Assembly: GCA_963662315.1 (NCBI GenBank)
Contig: OY759353.1
Span: 3,936,001-4,000,000, forward strand
Length of the DNA: 64,000 nucleotides
DNA from: Geopsychrobacteraceae bacterium
Lineage (GTDB): Bacteria > Desulfobacterota > Desulfuromonadia > Desulfuromonadales > Geopsychrobacteraceae
Reading direction: 5' to 3'
Both the position numbers and the translations under genes were made by a program. This document shows, piece by piece, positions 1 to 10,421 of the stretch. Position 1 is the stretch's first letter. Every line of letters starts with the position of its first letter. Below the pieces are notes generated by a model. It was not told the DNA's origin. It saw only the letters and a list, made by a program, of their open reading frames with translations, and made no database searches.

Positions 1-164
1 CAGATGAAATGTTTTGTACCGGTACCATGGGTGAAATCATTCCGGTTACCAAACTGGACCAAACAGTATTCAATAATGCCAAAGAGGGTCCTATAACCTC
101 AAAAATAGCTGATATCTATCGCGAATTGACCAGATCGGAAGACGAAGGATATTTAGTTATTTAA
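1..164 (+). CDS. C-terminal end of a class IV (branched-chain/D-amino acid) aminotransferase, partial
   Basis: Manual translation DEMFCTGTMGEIIPVTKLD...GPITSKI resembles the C-terminal ADEvFltGT motif of class IV aminotransferases; stop TAA at 162-164. Confidence 0.7.
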   Translation, partial: DEMFCTGTMGEIIPVTKLDQTVFNNAKEGPITSKIADIYRELTRSEDEGYLVI

Positions 165-237
165 ATTGGTTCTGGTTGCCTTCACGTCAGAAACACTTAT
201 GAACAACAGTTATTTTTCTTAAAACAGGACAATTGAT

Positions 238-1887
238 ATGAGCTTGTTAAATAACGCATCGGTATCAGTACCGTTACCTCAGAATGAACCCAACCTGACC
301 TATGCGGCCGGTACCCCGGAGCGTTCCCAGCTTAAAGCAGCCCTTGAAGAACTCAAGGCAAAACAGATCGAGGTTCCCCTTATTATCGGTGGCAAAGAGG
401 TGCGCACCGGCGACACAGCAAAGATCGCCTGCCCCCATGATCATTCGATTAATCTTGGCACTTATCATAAAGCCGGTCCCAAAGAAGTGCAGATGGCCAT
501 TGACGCCGCCATGGCCGCCAAACCGGTCTGGGAAAGCCTGCGCTGGGAAGAACGCGCCGCAATCTTCTTAAAAGCAGCCGACCTGCTTGCTGGCCCTTAC
601 CGCTTCCTGCTCAATGCTGCGACCATGCTCAACATCAGCAAGAACCCCTTCCAGGCTGAAATCGACTCGGCTTGCGAGCTGATCGACTTTTTACGTTTCA
701 ACGTTTACTTTGCTCAGCAGGTCTATGCCGACCAGCCGATGCATAACTCCCGCTTTACCTGGAACTACGTCCAGCACCGCCCCATGGAAGGCTTTATTTT
801 CGCCGTTGCGCCGTTCAACTTTACCGCCATTGCCGGCAACCTGCCGACCGCACCAGCGATTATGGGGAACACTGTGGTCTGGAAACCAGCCTCTTCTGCC
901 GTATATGCTCCTTACTACTTCATGAAACTGCTTCAGGAAGCGGGCCTGCCTGATGGTGTTATCAACTTTGTTCCCGGTTCCGGCAGTAATGTTGGCGATA
1001 CCGTTCTGAACAGCCCCGACTTTGCCGGCATTCATTTCACCGGCAGTACCGGCGTCTTCCAGGGGATGTGGAAAACCATCGGCAACAATCTGGCTGAAAA
1101 CAGATATAAAACCTACCCACGTATCGTCGGCGAAACCGGCGGTAAAGACTTTATCTTTGCCCACAAATCCGTAGATGCCAAAGCCTTGGCAACGGCCGTT
1201 GTGCGCGGTGCTTTCGAATTCCAGGGGCAGAAATGTTCCGCAGCATCCCGCGCCTACATTCCAGAATCCCTGTGGCAACCGGTGATGGACGAAATCAAGG
1301 CCCAGACCGATCGCATCAAGATGGGTGATGTCTGCGATTTCCGCAATTTCTTCAATGCGGTTATCGATAAGGCCGCCTTCAAGAGCATTACGGCGTACAT
1401 CGACTACGCCAAAGCAGCGGACGATGCCGAGATCGCCATCGGTGGCCACTATGATGACAGCAAGGGCTGGTTCATCGAACCAACCATCATCACCACCACC
1501 AATCCGAAGTTCAAAACGATGGAAGAGGAGATCTTCGGCCCGGTCATGACCATGTACTGCTACAAAGATGACGAGTACGAAGCCGTCCTGGAACTGTGTG
1601 ACCAGACCAGTGAATACAGCCTGACCGGTGCTCTGTTCGCTCAGGACCGTACCGCCATCAGCTTTGGCATGGGCAAACTGACCAACGCTTCGGGCAACTT
1701 CTACATTAACGACAAACCGACCGGTGCCGTTGTCGGCCAACAACCGTTCGGTGGTGGCCGCGCCTCCGGGACCAACGACAAGGCCGGCAGCAAACAGAAT
1801 CTGATGCGCTGGGTCTCGGTACGGACCGTTAAGGAAAACTTCGTACCGCCAACAACTTTTGAATATCCATTTATGGATGCCGAATAA
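238..1887 (+). CDS. pruA: 1-pyrroline-5-carboxylate (glutamate semialdehyde) dehydrogenase
   Basis: 549 aa ALDH with PFNF, FTGST, GETGGK, QGQKCSA (catalytic Cys), EEIFGP, NDKPTGAVVGQQPFGG. Confidence 0.95.
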   Translation: MSLLNNASVSVPLPQNEPNLTYAAGTPERSQLKAALEELKAKQIEVPLIIGGKEVRTGDTAKIACPHDHSINLGTYHKAGPKEVQMAIDAAMAAKPVWESLRWEERAAIFLKAADLLAGPYRFLLNAATMLNISKNPFQAEIDSACELIDFLRFNVYFAQQVYADQPMHNSRFTWNYVQHRPMEGFIFAVAPFNFTAIAGNLPTAPAIMGNTVVWKPASSAVYAPYYFMKLLQEAGLPDGVINFVPGSGSNVGDTVLNSPDFAGIHFTGSTGVFQGMWKTIGNNLAENRYKTYPRIVGETGGKDFIFAHKSVDAKALATAVVRGAFEFQGQKCSAASRAYIPESLWQPVMDEIKAQTDRIKMGDVCDFRNFFNAVIDKAAFKSITAYIDYAKAADDAEIAIGGHYDDSKGWFIEPTIITTTNPKFKTMEEEIFGPVMTMYCYKDDEYEAVLELCDQTSEYSLTGALFAQDRTAISFGMGKLTNASGNFYINDKPTGAVVGQQPFGGGRASGTNDKAGSKQNLMRWVSVRTVKENFVPPTTFEYPFMDAE

Positions 1888-1953
1888 ATTGGAGATGGAT
1901 AGTTAGGCTTTTGACTTACTAGTATGACAAAAAGCAAATAGAGATATGCTTTC

Positions 1954-2033
1954 AAATCGCCTCTAGAACTCTAGATTCTTATCGGCCCTATTTAAGCCCG
2001 GTAAAAATTGAGATGCTAGGGGCGATTTTTTTG
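1954..2033 (+). terminator. probable terminator-like hairpin after pruA
   Basis: aaatcgcctctag ... ctaggggcgattt followed by a T run; long loop. Confidence 0.35.
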
Positions 2034-2343
2034 GTTCAATATTTTTGTTTTTATAAGACGCTTTACGTTCTCTTTGCTTTTCCAAACTCAGACGCCCTAT
2101 GTCTTAACATAGGGGCCACGATCTGAGAACAGGATCACCATTTGTCGATCTTGACTGGAAGGCATTGTCCAACCAACAACCAATTTACTGAACAGATCAA
2201 TAGCAACCCAGAGGTTGATTTTGCCTCTCACAGTTTTTAGCTCTGTAATATCAGTAACCCACAACTATTTCGGATCGGAAGCCAAAAACTCACGCTGTAG
2301 ATGATTCTGACATCTATGGGATGTCGAGAACCAGCAAAAGCCG

Positions 2344-2562
2344 ATCACCCTTTGGCTTCTGCCTCTCGCTTCCAGCGGGAAAGCTCATTAGAATTAATTC
2401 CAAGCTCTTTTGGGATCTGCGCACAGTTAACACCCGGTTGGCTGGCTTGTTCAATAGTTCCGAGCCTGAATTCAGAACTGAATTTTATTCTTTTCGATAT
2501 GAACACTTCTTGGGGGCCTTATCGGCTTTTTTGAAGTGTCCGTAAGATCAGGCAAGAACCCA
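2344..2562 (-). pseudogene. IS3-family left-end remnant with degenerate orfA
   Basis: Minus strand reads ISKRIKFSSEFRLGTIEQASQPGVNCAQIPKELGINSNELSRWKREAE* (IS3 OrfA HTH); an IS3-type end TG...CGGACACTT lies at about 2535-2562. Confidence 0.65.
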
Positions 2563-2674
2563 TATCACTGATACCCCTTTTCGGAAAAAAGCTATAGGTG
2601 AAAGTCTAAAAATAAGAGCAAAATTAGTCCCCGATCAAGTGTAGCGGAACCGGTTCCTTGGACACAAGTTTAGA

Positions 2675-3544
2675 TTATGCCGCCTGACGGATTTCGTCTG
2701 GCGACCGGAAGCCATTTTTCTCGACACGCCATTCGTTGTTGTAAAGCTCCACGAAGGTTTTCACGGCTTCGCGGACATCATCGACGGTCCGGAAAATCTG
2801 GCCGTAGATAGCTTGCTCTTTCAAAGTACGATTGAAACGTTCAGAAACTCCATTGGTCTGAGGCTCGGCAACGAAGGCAAAGCTGGGAGTGATCCCCCAG
2901 AATTTGATCTGGTTCTGAAAATGGTCTGAGAGGTACTGGGTGCCGTGGTCCATACGTAGGGAGAGCCCTCGGGCAATGCCTTTCTCTACGCTGCCGTAAA
3001 GGCGGTCCAGGGCCATGGACCGCGGTTGAAGGGCGGCATAACGGTCGCCGGTCTTGCACACGTGCCAACCGACACACTCGGCGTTCCAATGCTCCACGGC
3101 GGTAAAGATCCAGACCCAGCCCTCGTCAAGAGTGAAGACACGGGTGCCATCGGTGCCCCACATCAGGTTGGGGGCCAGGGTGATGATCTTGCCGTCATGG
3201 GCCTTGGCGGCTTTGGGACGACCCCGGTGCGGTGAAAGCAGATGATTCTCACGCATGAGCCGAAGAACCCGTTTGCGCGATACCCGGTGCCCATCACGGA
3301 ACCGCAGCCGCCCCCAGACCTTGCGGTGTCCTTCTCCCGTAAACGGTGAGGCAGCCAGGTCGTCGCGGATCAAAGCTAACAGGGGCTCGTCACTGATCAA
3401 TGGCTTCGGCCCTCGACGCTTGGGAGTCGTTGGCAACACCGAGAGCGAGGCATGGTAGAACGATGAGCGAGCCTGCTCCCAGATCGTACAAACGCGCTGG
3501 ACACCATAAGGCTTGTCAGTGCCCGGGGAGATCGTTTGGCTCAT
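2675..3544 (-). CDS. IS3-family transposase OrfB (rve integrase core)
   Basis: WGTDGT, RMDHGTQY, PQTNGVSERFNRTLKE; ATGA overlap with the orfA stop. Confidence 0.9.
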   Translation of the reverse strand: MSQTISPGTDKPYGVQRVCTIWEQARSSFYHASLSVLPTTPKRRGPKPLISDEPLLALIRDDLAASPFTGEGHRKVWGRLRFRDGHRVSRKRVLRLMRENHLLSPHRGRPKAAKAHDGKIITLAPNLMWGTDGTRVFTLDEGWVWIFTAVEHWNAECVGWHVCKTGDRYAALQPRSMALDRLYGSVEKGIARGLSLRMDHGTQYLSDHFQNQIKFWGITPSFAFVAEPQTNGVSERFNRTLKEQAIYGQIFRTVDDVREAVKTFVELYNNEWRVEKNGFRSPDEIRQAA

Positions 3545-3888
3545 TTCGACGACCTCCGTTTGGCTAAAGGGCCGGGTTTTTTAACCCGTTCCCAAAGCAA
3601 CTCGTTCTCCATGGTCAACTCGCCAATCCGGCGCATGGCCTGGTTGAGTTCAGCCTGGACGGGATCGTTCTGACGCTTTTTCAGCGACTCATCGATTCCG
3701 AACAACGCGCTCTCCCGCCACTGCTCCAGGCGGTAGACTTCAATGCTCAGCTCGCGGGACAGCGCATCAACGGATTCGCCCCGCAGCAGACGCAGAACCA
3801 CTTCACGCTTGCGGGCAGCACTCCAACGCTGCCCTTTGGCCAGCGGCCCTGTAACAGTTTCGTTCTGGTTCTGTTTGGTCATTATCAC
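3541..3888 (-). CDS. IS3-family transposase OrfA (HTH)
   Basis: RWSAARKREVVLRLLRGESVDALSREL HTH followed by a coiled coil. Confidence 0.85.
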   Translation of the reverse strand: MIMTKQNQNETVTGPLAKGQRWSAARKREVVLRLLRGESVDALSRELSIEVYRLEQWRESALFGIDESLKKRQNDPVQAELNQAMRRIGELTMENELLWERVKKPGPLAKRRSSK

Positions 3889-3977
3889 TCTCCTTGGACA
3901 CGGGGACTTTACCCCAATTCAGTGTCCAAGAAAACCGGCGCCGCCCCATTTTCTACCCCGATTTTGTTTTCACAAAT

Positions 3978-5298
3978 CACTGCTGTCCGGTTAATAGCTG
4001 AATAAATCCAGCTGGTTACTATCAGGGAGATCTTGAATTTGCTTGAGAGCATCAGCAACCAGTGAAGAAATGGGCTTTTTCTCAAACAAATTGACCTCCA
4101 GGATCTGTAAAAAAGTGTAGAGCTCACACGGGATTTTGAGCTTTTTCTTCGCAATAACAACCAGAAGGTAAATGCACAGCGCTACCCATATCTGGCTCTT
4201 TACGCCGTTGATCGATGTCCCGTAAAACGATTTGATCCGCAGGTGCTGCTTAACCCATTTGAAAAACAGCTCTACCTGCCAGCGCTGCTTATAGACTTCG
4301 GCAACTGTAGCTGCTGAAATCGTAAAATTGTTGGTCAAAAAGACCAGGTGTTTATTTCGATCTTTGTCAACATAACTGACCCGGCGGAACTTTTCCGGAT
4401 AGTCCTTTTTCGATTTGGGAGTGACTAGGACAATCGTCTGGTCAGCTTTGATTCCGGCTGACTTGTCTTTGTCTGCGGAATAAAGTCGCCTGTAACGCAA
4501 ATTGTCTTTTGCCCTGATGACGAAGAAACCTCCTTGTTGATGCAGCGCATAGAGTCGCGAGAAGTCGGTATAGGCCTTGTCCATGGTGTAAATGGCATTC
4601 TCTGTTACCGGCAGAGAATCCAACATTCGGACATCATGTACTTTGCCTGTTGTGACGGCGACATAGGTCGGAATGGTTCCTCGCAGATCAAGCAGAGTAT
4701 GCATTTTAACCGCGGACTTCGTCGTTTTGTATTCTGCCCATGGGAATAGAGACAGGCACAGATCAATGGTCGTTGAATCAAAAGCATACAGTGGCTGGCC
4801 AAGTTCAAGGGCAAATGGTTCGTCACAGTAAAGTTGCTGCGCCATGTGTATTAGAATATGGCCGAAGTCCTGAAAGATGCGCCAGTCCCTGCGCTCACTG
4901 GCATCTGCCAGAGTTGAGCGGGACACGGAACCGCGAAAGCCGATGTGGTAAAGCTTCTCTCGGTGAGAGTTCAAGCAGGTTTCGATATCTCGCAAGCTTT
5001 CACGGCTGGCCATTTGGGCATAAGCGAGGCACAGAAATTGATCGAATGTCGAAAACTTTCTGGCTCTGTAATCGCCCCGATAACGGTGAACGCACAAATT
5101 GAAATCGTGACGTGGCAGAAACTGCAGCAGTTGCCTGAAAACGGTTTGGCCTGAATTCATCGATACCTCCTGCGATAATGGATGGTATCTCCCCATATTC
5201 ATGGGGCGAATTCAAATCGAAAACGGAACAGTTATGTCAAAGAACAATTATTATCAGTAACTTACAGCACTATCCGACTTTTTAACCGGACAGTAGTG
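3978..5298 (-). mobile_element. IS4-family insertion sequence, apparently intact
   Basis: TIRs cactgctgtccggttaa / ttaaccggacagtagtg; 9-bp direct repeat TTCACAAAT at 3969-3977 and 5299-5307. Confidence 0.92.
3991..5160 (-). CDS. IS4-family DDE transposase
   Basis: FDSTTIDL, HD, MDKAY, YKQRWQVELFFKWVKQ (YREK motif); start placed at MNSG behind an AGGAGG RBS. Confidence 0.92.
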   Translation of the reverse strand: MNSGQTVFRQLLQFLPRHDFNLCVHRYRGDYRARKFSTFDQFLCLAYAQMASRESLRDIETCLNSHREKLYHIGFRGSVSRSTLADASERRDWRIFQDFGHILIHMAQQLYCDEPFALELGQPLYAFDSTTIDLCLSLFPWAEYKTTKSAVKMHTLLDLRGTIPTYVAVTTGKVHDVRMLDSLPVTENAIYTMDKAYTDFSRLYALHQQGGFFVIRAKDNLRYRRLYSADKDKSAGIKADQTIVLVTPKSKKDYPEKFRRVSYVDKDRNKHLVFLTNNFTISAATVAEVYKQRWQVELFFKWVKQHLRIKSFYGTSINGVKSQIWVALCIYLLVVIAKKKLKIPCELYTFLQILEVNLFEKKPISSLVADALKQIQDLPDSNQLDLFSY

Positions 5299-5437
5299 TT
5301 CACAAATATAAAAAATAGCGATAACGGTTAGTGATTCATTTTACGTATACCTTTTGTGGCACGCTATCTACTGATGTGGTTCAATGATCTCGGACACCAA
5401 AGTGCGTGCTATACTCCGGCACGAAAGCGAGGTGTTC

Positions 5438-6600
<1,163 letters not shown>

Positions 6601-6623
6601 CCACTACATTCGTAATTGCGACC

Positions 6624-6700
6624 GCCCAAGGTTAAGCGTAACCTGACCACACACTGGCTGGCCATCGCGGCGCTTGTGGCCAACCAGTGCAAGTATCGCA
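6624..6700 (-). other. possible degenerate attC-like hairpin
   Basis: gcccaag-gttaa-gcgtaacctg...cactggctggcca/tggccaaccagtg...caagtatcgc; R boxes eroded. Confidence 0.3.
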
Positions 6701-6724
6701 AGTATCGGGGGAAAACCTGGACAT

Positions 6725-7044
6725 GGGACATCGAGTACAATCTCGTTATCTAAAATAGCAATGTCGTATGGAGGGGAGGACTATGGCGCGTCAATTGCGG
6801 TTGGAATACGACGGAGCGATTGACCATATCACTGCTCGCGGGAACGAGCGGAAGAAAAATTATTATTCACAGAGAGATTACACCAAGTTCAAAGAGTATC
6901 TGAAGCTGTCCCAAAAACGCTTCGGCTGTATTGTCCATGCATACGTGTTGATGGGAAATCACTACCATTTATTCTTGAAACACCGGAAGGGAATCTCAGC
7001 AAGGTGATGCACTTCCTCAATGGCTCTTACGCCATCGATGTCCC
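6725..7044 (+). pseudogene. internally deleted, frameshifted REP-associated tyrosine transposase (RAYT, HUH Y1) between short inverted repeats
   Basis: MARQLRLEYDGAIDHITARGNER...YVLMGNHYHL then a frameshift into ETPEGNLSKVMHFLNG; flanked by GGGACATCGA (6725) / TCGATGTCCC (7035). Confidence 0.75.
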
Positions 7045-7242
7045 CTGATTCGGCGGCATTTCTGGTTCAAAGGGTCTGATTTGTGAAAAATCGATTATAT
7101 TGCCACAGAGAGTTCATCTCGGGTCCTTGTTTGATGTTCGACATCTTGTATAATTTCTTTTGAAAGTAGTAACTTTTGTGAACTTTTGTGTTTGAAATGG
7201 AAATGAGATAACAACTTCTATCCTTTCAGAGGAGGCGCAAAA

Positions 7243-8574
7243 ATGTTACCCATCATCCAGCTTATAATTGTTTTGGCTTGCCTTTATTTTGGAGCTCGGC
7301 GAGGAGGGGTTGCTCTTGGCGTCCTTTCCGGCATAGGCCTTGCCGTCTTAGTGCTCATCTTCCAGATGAAACCAGGTTCTCCTCCTTCCACCGTTATCTA
7401 TATCATTATCGCGGCCGTTACCAGCGCGGGAATCCTTCAGGCTGCTGGTGGAATGGACTTTCTTATTCAGATAGCTGAGCGGCTTCTTCGCAAACACCCC
7501 ACCAGAATTACATTTCTTGCACCGTATTGTACTTTTTTTCTGACTGTCCTTTGCGGGACAGGGCATGTGGTATACGTTCTGATGCCGATTATCGCCGATA
7601 TCTCTTTGAAGGAAGGTATTAGGCCCGAGAGACCGGTTGCGGTGTCCTCAGTGGCCGCTCAAGTGGGTATTACGTGCTCACCGATTGCTGCGGCAGTCGT
7701 GGCCTTTGTCTCCATGACGGTTTCAAACAACGTCGGCGTTTCTCTACTGCAAGTACTCGCTGTCACGTGGCCGTCCTGCATGATTGGTCTCTTTTTCGCA
7801 GCTCTTTACTCAAGTCGTAGAGGCAAAGAATTGACTGATGACCCAGAATATCAGGCGCGACTGGAAGATCCTGAAATTACAAATTACATGTTTGGTGAAT
7901 CAATCACTTCTCTAGGCAAAACCCTGCCTAAGTCTGCAAAAAATTCTGTGTTAATATTTTCGTGCGCACTGATTTTGATAGGGATCTTTGCACTGTTTCC
8001 TAGCCTTCTCCCTGCGTACGGCTCGCCACCCAAAACACTTAGCATGACCCTCGTGATACAGATTGTCATGTTGCTCATTGGTGGCCTAATTTTGCTCATC
8101 TGCCGGGTTAAGCCTGTGGAAGTTGTCCGAGGAACTGTCTTTCAGGCAGGAATGGTTGCGATTGTGGCTATTTATGGCATTGCCTGGTTGTCCGACACAT
8201 ACTTCGGAACCTATATCGGCACAATGAAGGAATCGATCAACTCTATTGTTCAGGCCGCCCCATGATCTTTTGCTTTTGCATTATTTGCGGTGTCAGTTTT
8301 GATTAACACGCAAGGAGGCACAGTCCTTGCCGTCATGCCTCTTGGATTTGCCCTTGGTATTCCCGTGGCGGTTCTGGTCGGGATATTGCCTTCGGTCTAT
8401 GGTTACTTTTTTATTCCGAACTATCCAAGTGACATTGCTTCCATGAACTTTGACCGGTCAGGAACCACTAAAATTGGCAAGTATCTCTTAAACCACAGTT
8501 TTATGTTGCCGGGGTTAATTTCTGTAAGTATATCTTGCATTATTGGTTATTTCTGGGCGAAGTTGATCATCTGA
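7243..8574 (+). pseudogene. anaerobic C4-dicarboxylate transporter DcuA/DcuB family, interrupted by an in-frame TGA
   Basis: [36 protein letters not shown] motifs; ORFs 7243-8265 and 8290-8574 are in the same frame, separated by TGA at 8263-8265. Confidence 0.85.
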
Positions 8575-8633
8575 CGCTAGTCATAATAACTTTTACGCAT
8601 TGCCACATAAGTATGAGACACTGCTATTCCTAT

Positions 8634-8673
8634 AACAAAATGCCCCATGATCGATCAATCTGGGGCATTTTTT
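8634..8673. terminator. bidirectional terminator-like hairpin
   Basis: aaaatgcccca...tggggcatttt with A/T runs on both sides. Confidence 0.55.
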
Positions 8674-8951
8674 CGTTTATAAAACTTTTTAAGAAAATCT
8701 TTAAGAAGATCAACGTCATAATCAGAGTCGCAACAAATTTCAAAATCAGGGAATTGCTGCAGCCAGTTAATCGGATCCGCTTTAACCTGATCTTTCGGTT
8801 GGGCCTGATCACCGGTCAAAAGTCTTTCGAAGGAATAGGCCCCAATCAGATCGGCAATATGTTTATCTATTGGTGGGCAGTAACGGTTCAGGATAAAAGA
8901 ATCTGGGGAGAATTGCCTTTCCTGCATCCTATGGAACGTGTAATATGCCAC
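8655..8951 (-). CDS. hypothetical protein
   Basis: 98-aa ORF filling the gap between dcu and ssb; weak start signal. Confidence 0.3.
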   Translation of the reverse strand: MAYYTFHRMQERQFSPDSFILNRYCPPIDKHIADLIGAYSFERLLTGDQAQPKDQVKADPINWLQQFPDFEICCDSDYDVDLLKDFLKKFYKRKNAPD

Positions 8952-9110
8952 TCTAAAATGTTAGAAACAAAATTAATCATAAACGAAAATTCAACTCGCT
9001 ATATGTGATGAGTTGCAGATTGAAGATTTGTGCCTTGCTGCTACTGACACTAAGTTTTGGCAACTGACACTGACAATTGGCAATTCACAATAGATTCTTA
9101 CGGAGGTATC

Positions 9111-9617
9111 ATGTCGGTAAATAAAGTCATTTTGGTTGGAAATCTCGGGAAAGATCCTGAATTGCGCTACACGCCATCCGGTGCAGCCGTTGCGACGTTT
9201 TCGCTGGCGACCACTAATCCCTTTAAGGACAAGGATGGCAATCGGCAAACCGAATGGCATAACATTGTCGCCTGGCGTCAGCTGGCTGAAATTTGTGGCA
9301 AGTTCCTGCATAAAGGCCGGCAGGTTTATATTGAAGGGCGTATCCAGACGCGTTCCTACGATGACCGCGATGGTAATAAGCGGTACATCACTGAAATTAT
9401 CGCTGAAAACATGCAGATGCTGGGTAACCGTGATGAAAACCAGAGCGGCGGCGGTCTCGGCGGCGGTCAGGGTTTCTCGGGGGAAGGTGGTTCCAATTAT
9501 TCACAAGGTGGGGGATCGTCTCGTGGCAGCAGTAAGCCCAGCGGTGGGTTCAGCGGATCTTCACCCGCTGATTTTGATGATCCGGTTTTCAATCCTGATG
9601 ATGAGATTCCATTTTAG
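9111..9617 (+). CDS. ssb: single-stranded DNA-binding protein
   Basis: [24 protein letters not shown], Gly-rich linker, DDEIPF tail; GGAGG RBS. Confidence 0.97.
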   Translation: MSVNKVILVGNLGKDPELRYTPSGAAVATFSLATTNPFKDKDGNRQTEWHNIVAWRQLAEICGKFLHKGRQVYIEGRIQTRSYDDRDGNKRYITEIIAENMQMLGNRDENQSGGGLGGGQGFSGEGGSNYSQGGGSSRGSSKPSGGFSGSSPADFDDPVFNPDDEIPF

Positions 9618-9663
9618 TCGAAACCTTTTATTTTTTGTATATAAAAAAAACAATAATTACCTT

Positions 9664-9697
9664 AGAGGCCCCGCAAAGCGGGGCTTTCTGATTTTTG
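9664..9697 (+). terminator. rho-independent terminator after ssb
   Basis: agaggccccgc-aaa-gcggggctttct followed by a T-rich tract. Confidence 0.7.
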
Positions 9698-9878
9698 CAT
9701 TGTTTGATACCAGGTGGGGCAGATACTCAAAATTCTTTAAAGGACTCCTCCGGAGTTGCCGTTTTTTCAATTTGAGTAAACGGCATAAGCAATTTTCTGA
9801 CCTACAATCATACGCTATCTCCTTTCCGTTTTTTCTACCCCTAGCGCAAGTCAATTTTAGCTATCCCTTGCCTACCGG

Positions 9879-10421
9879 CTACCTCCCGCCACCACGCAGG
9901 TAGAGGGACTCTGCCAGGTGATCAGCCCCTTTGATCAGCCGCACCATCAAGGGAATCAGCAGAATATGCAGATGCAGCAGCGATCTGATGCCTGTGGGGA
10001 TTTCAACGCCGCGTAGGCGTTGGGCATCGCGAATCTCGTTGACCAGTGGCTTAATAAATAGGGCATAGTTGACAGCACCATAGGTGATAAAAGCGAAACG
10101 CTCAGGACAACCGCAGGAGCGAAGCAACACGTAGAGAGAGACATCGGCATAAAAGGCCAGAAAAAGTTGCAGGCAGAGGCTGGTTCCGGTCAGTAACAGC
10201 ACGGTCTGCACACCGGTCTGCCATTGCCCCAGCAGAGCATAAAGCAAGAGAATAAAGATAAACGAGGGTAACAAAAAGGTCAGGTAGATCTTGAGTGAAC
10301 CCCGATTGCGCACGAGCAGCGTCAACAGTAACGCCGGGATCAGCACATATGAAGTCTGCGGTCGTATAAACTGCACTACCATTAGCAGTATTGATATCAA
10401 TCCTAATATTTTATAGCGCAT
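9879..10421 (-). CDS. ECF transporter transmembrane (T) component
   Basis: Hydrophobic; EIRDAQRLRG and AESLYLRG (two XRX motifs). Confidence 0.8.
   Translation of the reverse strand: MRYKILGLISILLMVVQFIRPQTSYVLIPALLLTLLVRNRGSLKIYLTFLLPSFIFILLLYALLGQWQTGVQTVLLLTGTSLCLQLFLAFYADVSLYVLLRSCGCPERFAFITYGAVNYALFIKPLVNEIRDAQRLRGVEIPTGIRSLLHLHILLIPLMVRLIKGADHLAESLYLRGGGR

Larger units (their letters stand above)
2640..3948 (-). mobile_element. IS3-family insertion sequence
   Basis: Imperfect TIRs tgtagcggaaccggttccttggacac (2640) / gtgtccaagaaaaccggcgccgcccca (3948) with TG..CA ends; no obvious target duplication. Confidence 0.85.

Noticed and set aside
691..1743. 350-aa antisense ORF over pruA, and similar long antisense ORFs over cheA, the MCP and cheB
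   Set aside because: Shadow ORFs arising from codon bias of the real genes; no motifs
8263..8330. Selenocysteine recoding of the dcu TGA
   Set aside because: The position corresponds to Trp rather than Cys and no convincing SECIS hairpin follows
9136..9903. 255-aa alternative-frame ORF over ssb
   Set aside because: It overlaps a clear ssb, runs through its terminator and has no recognisable motifs
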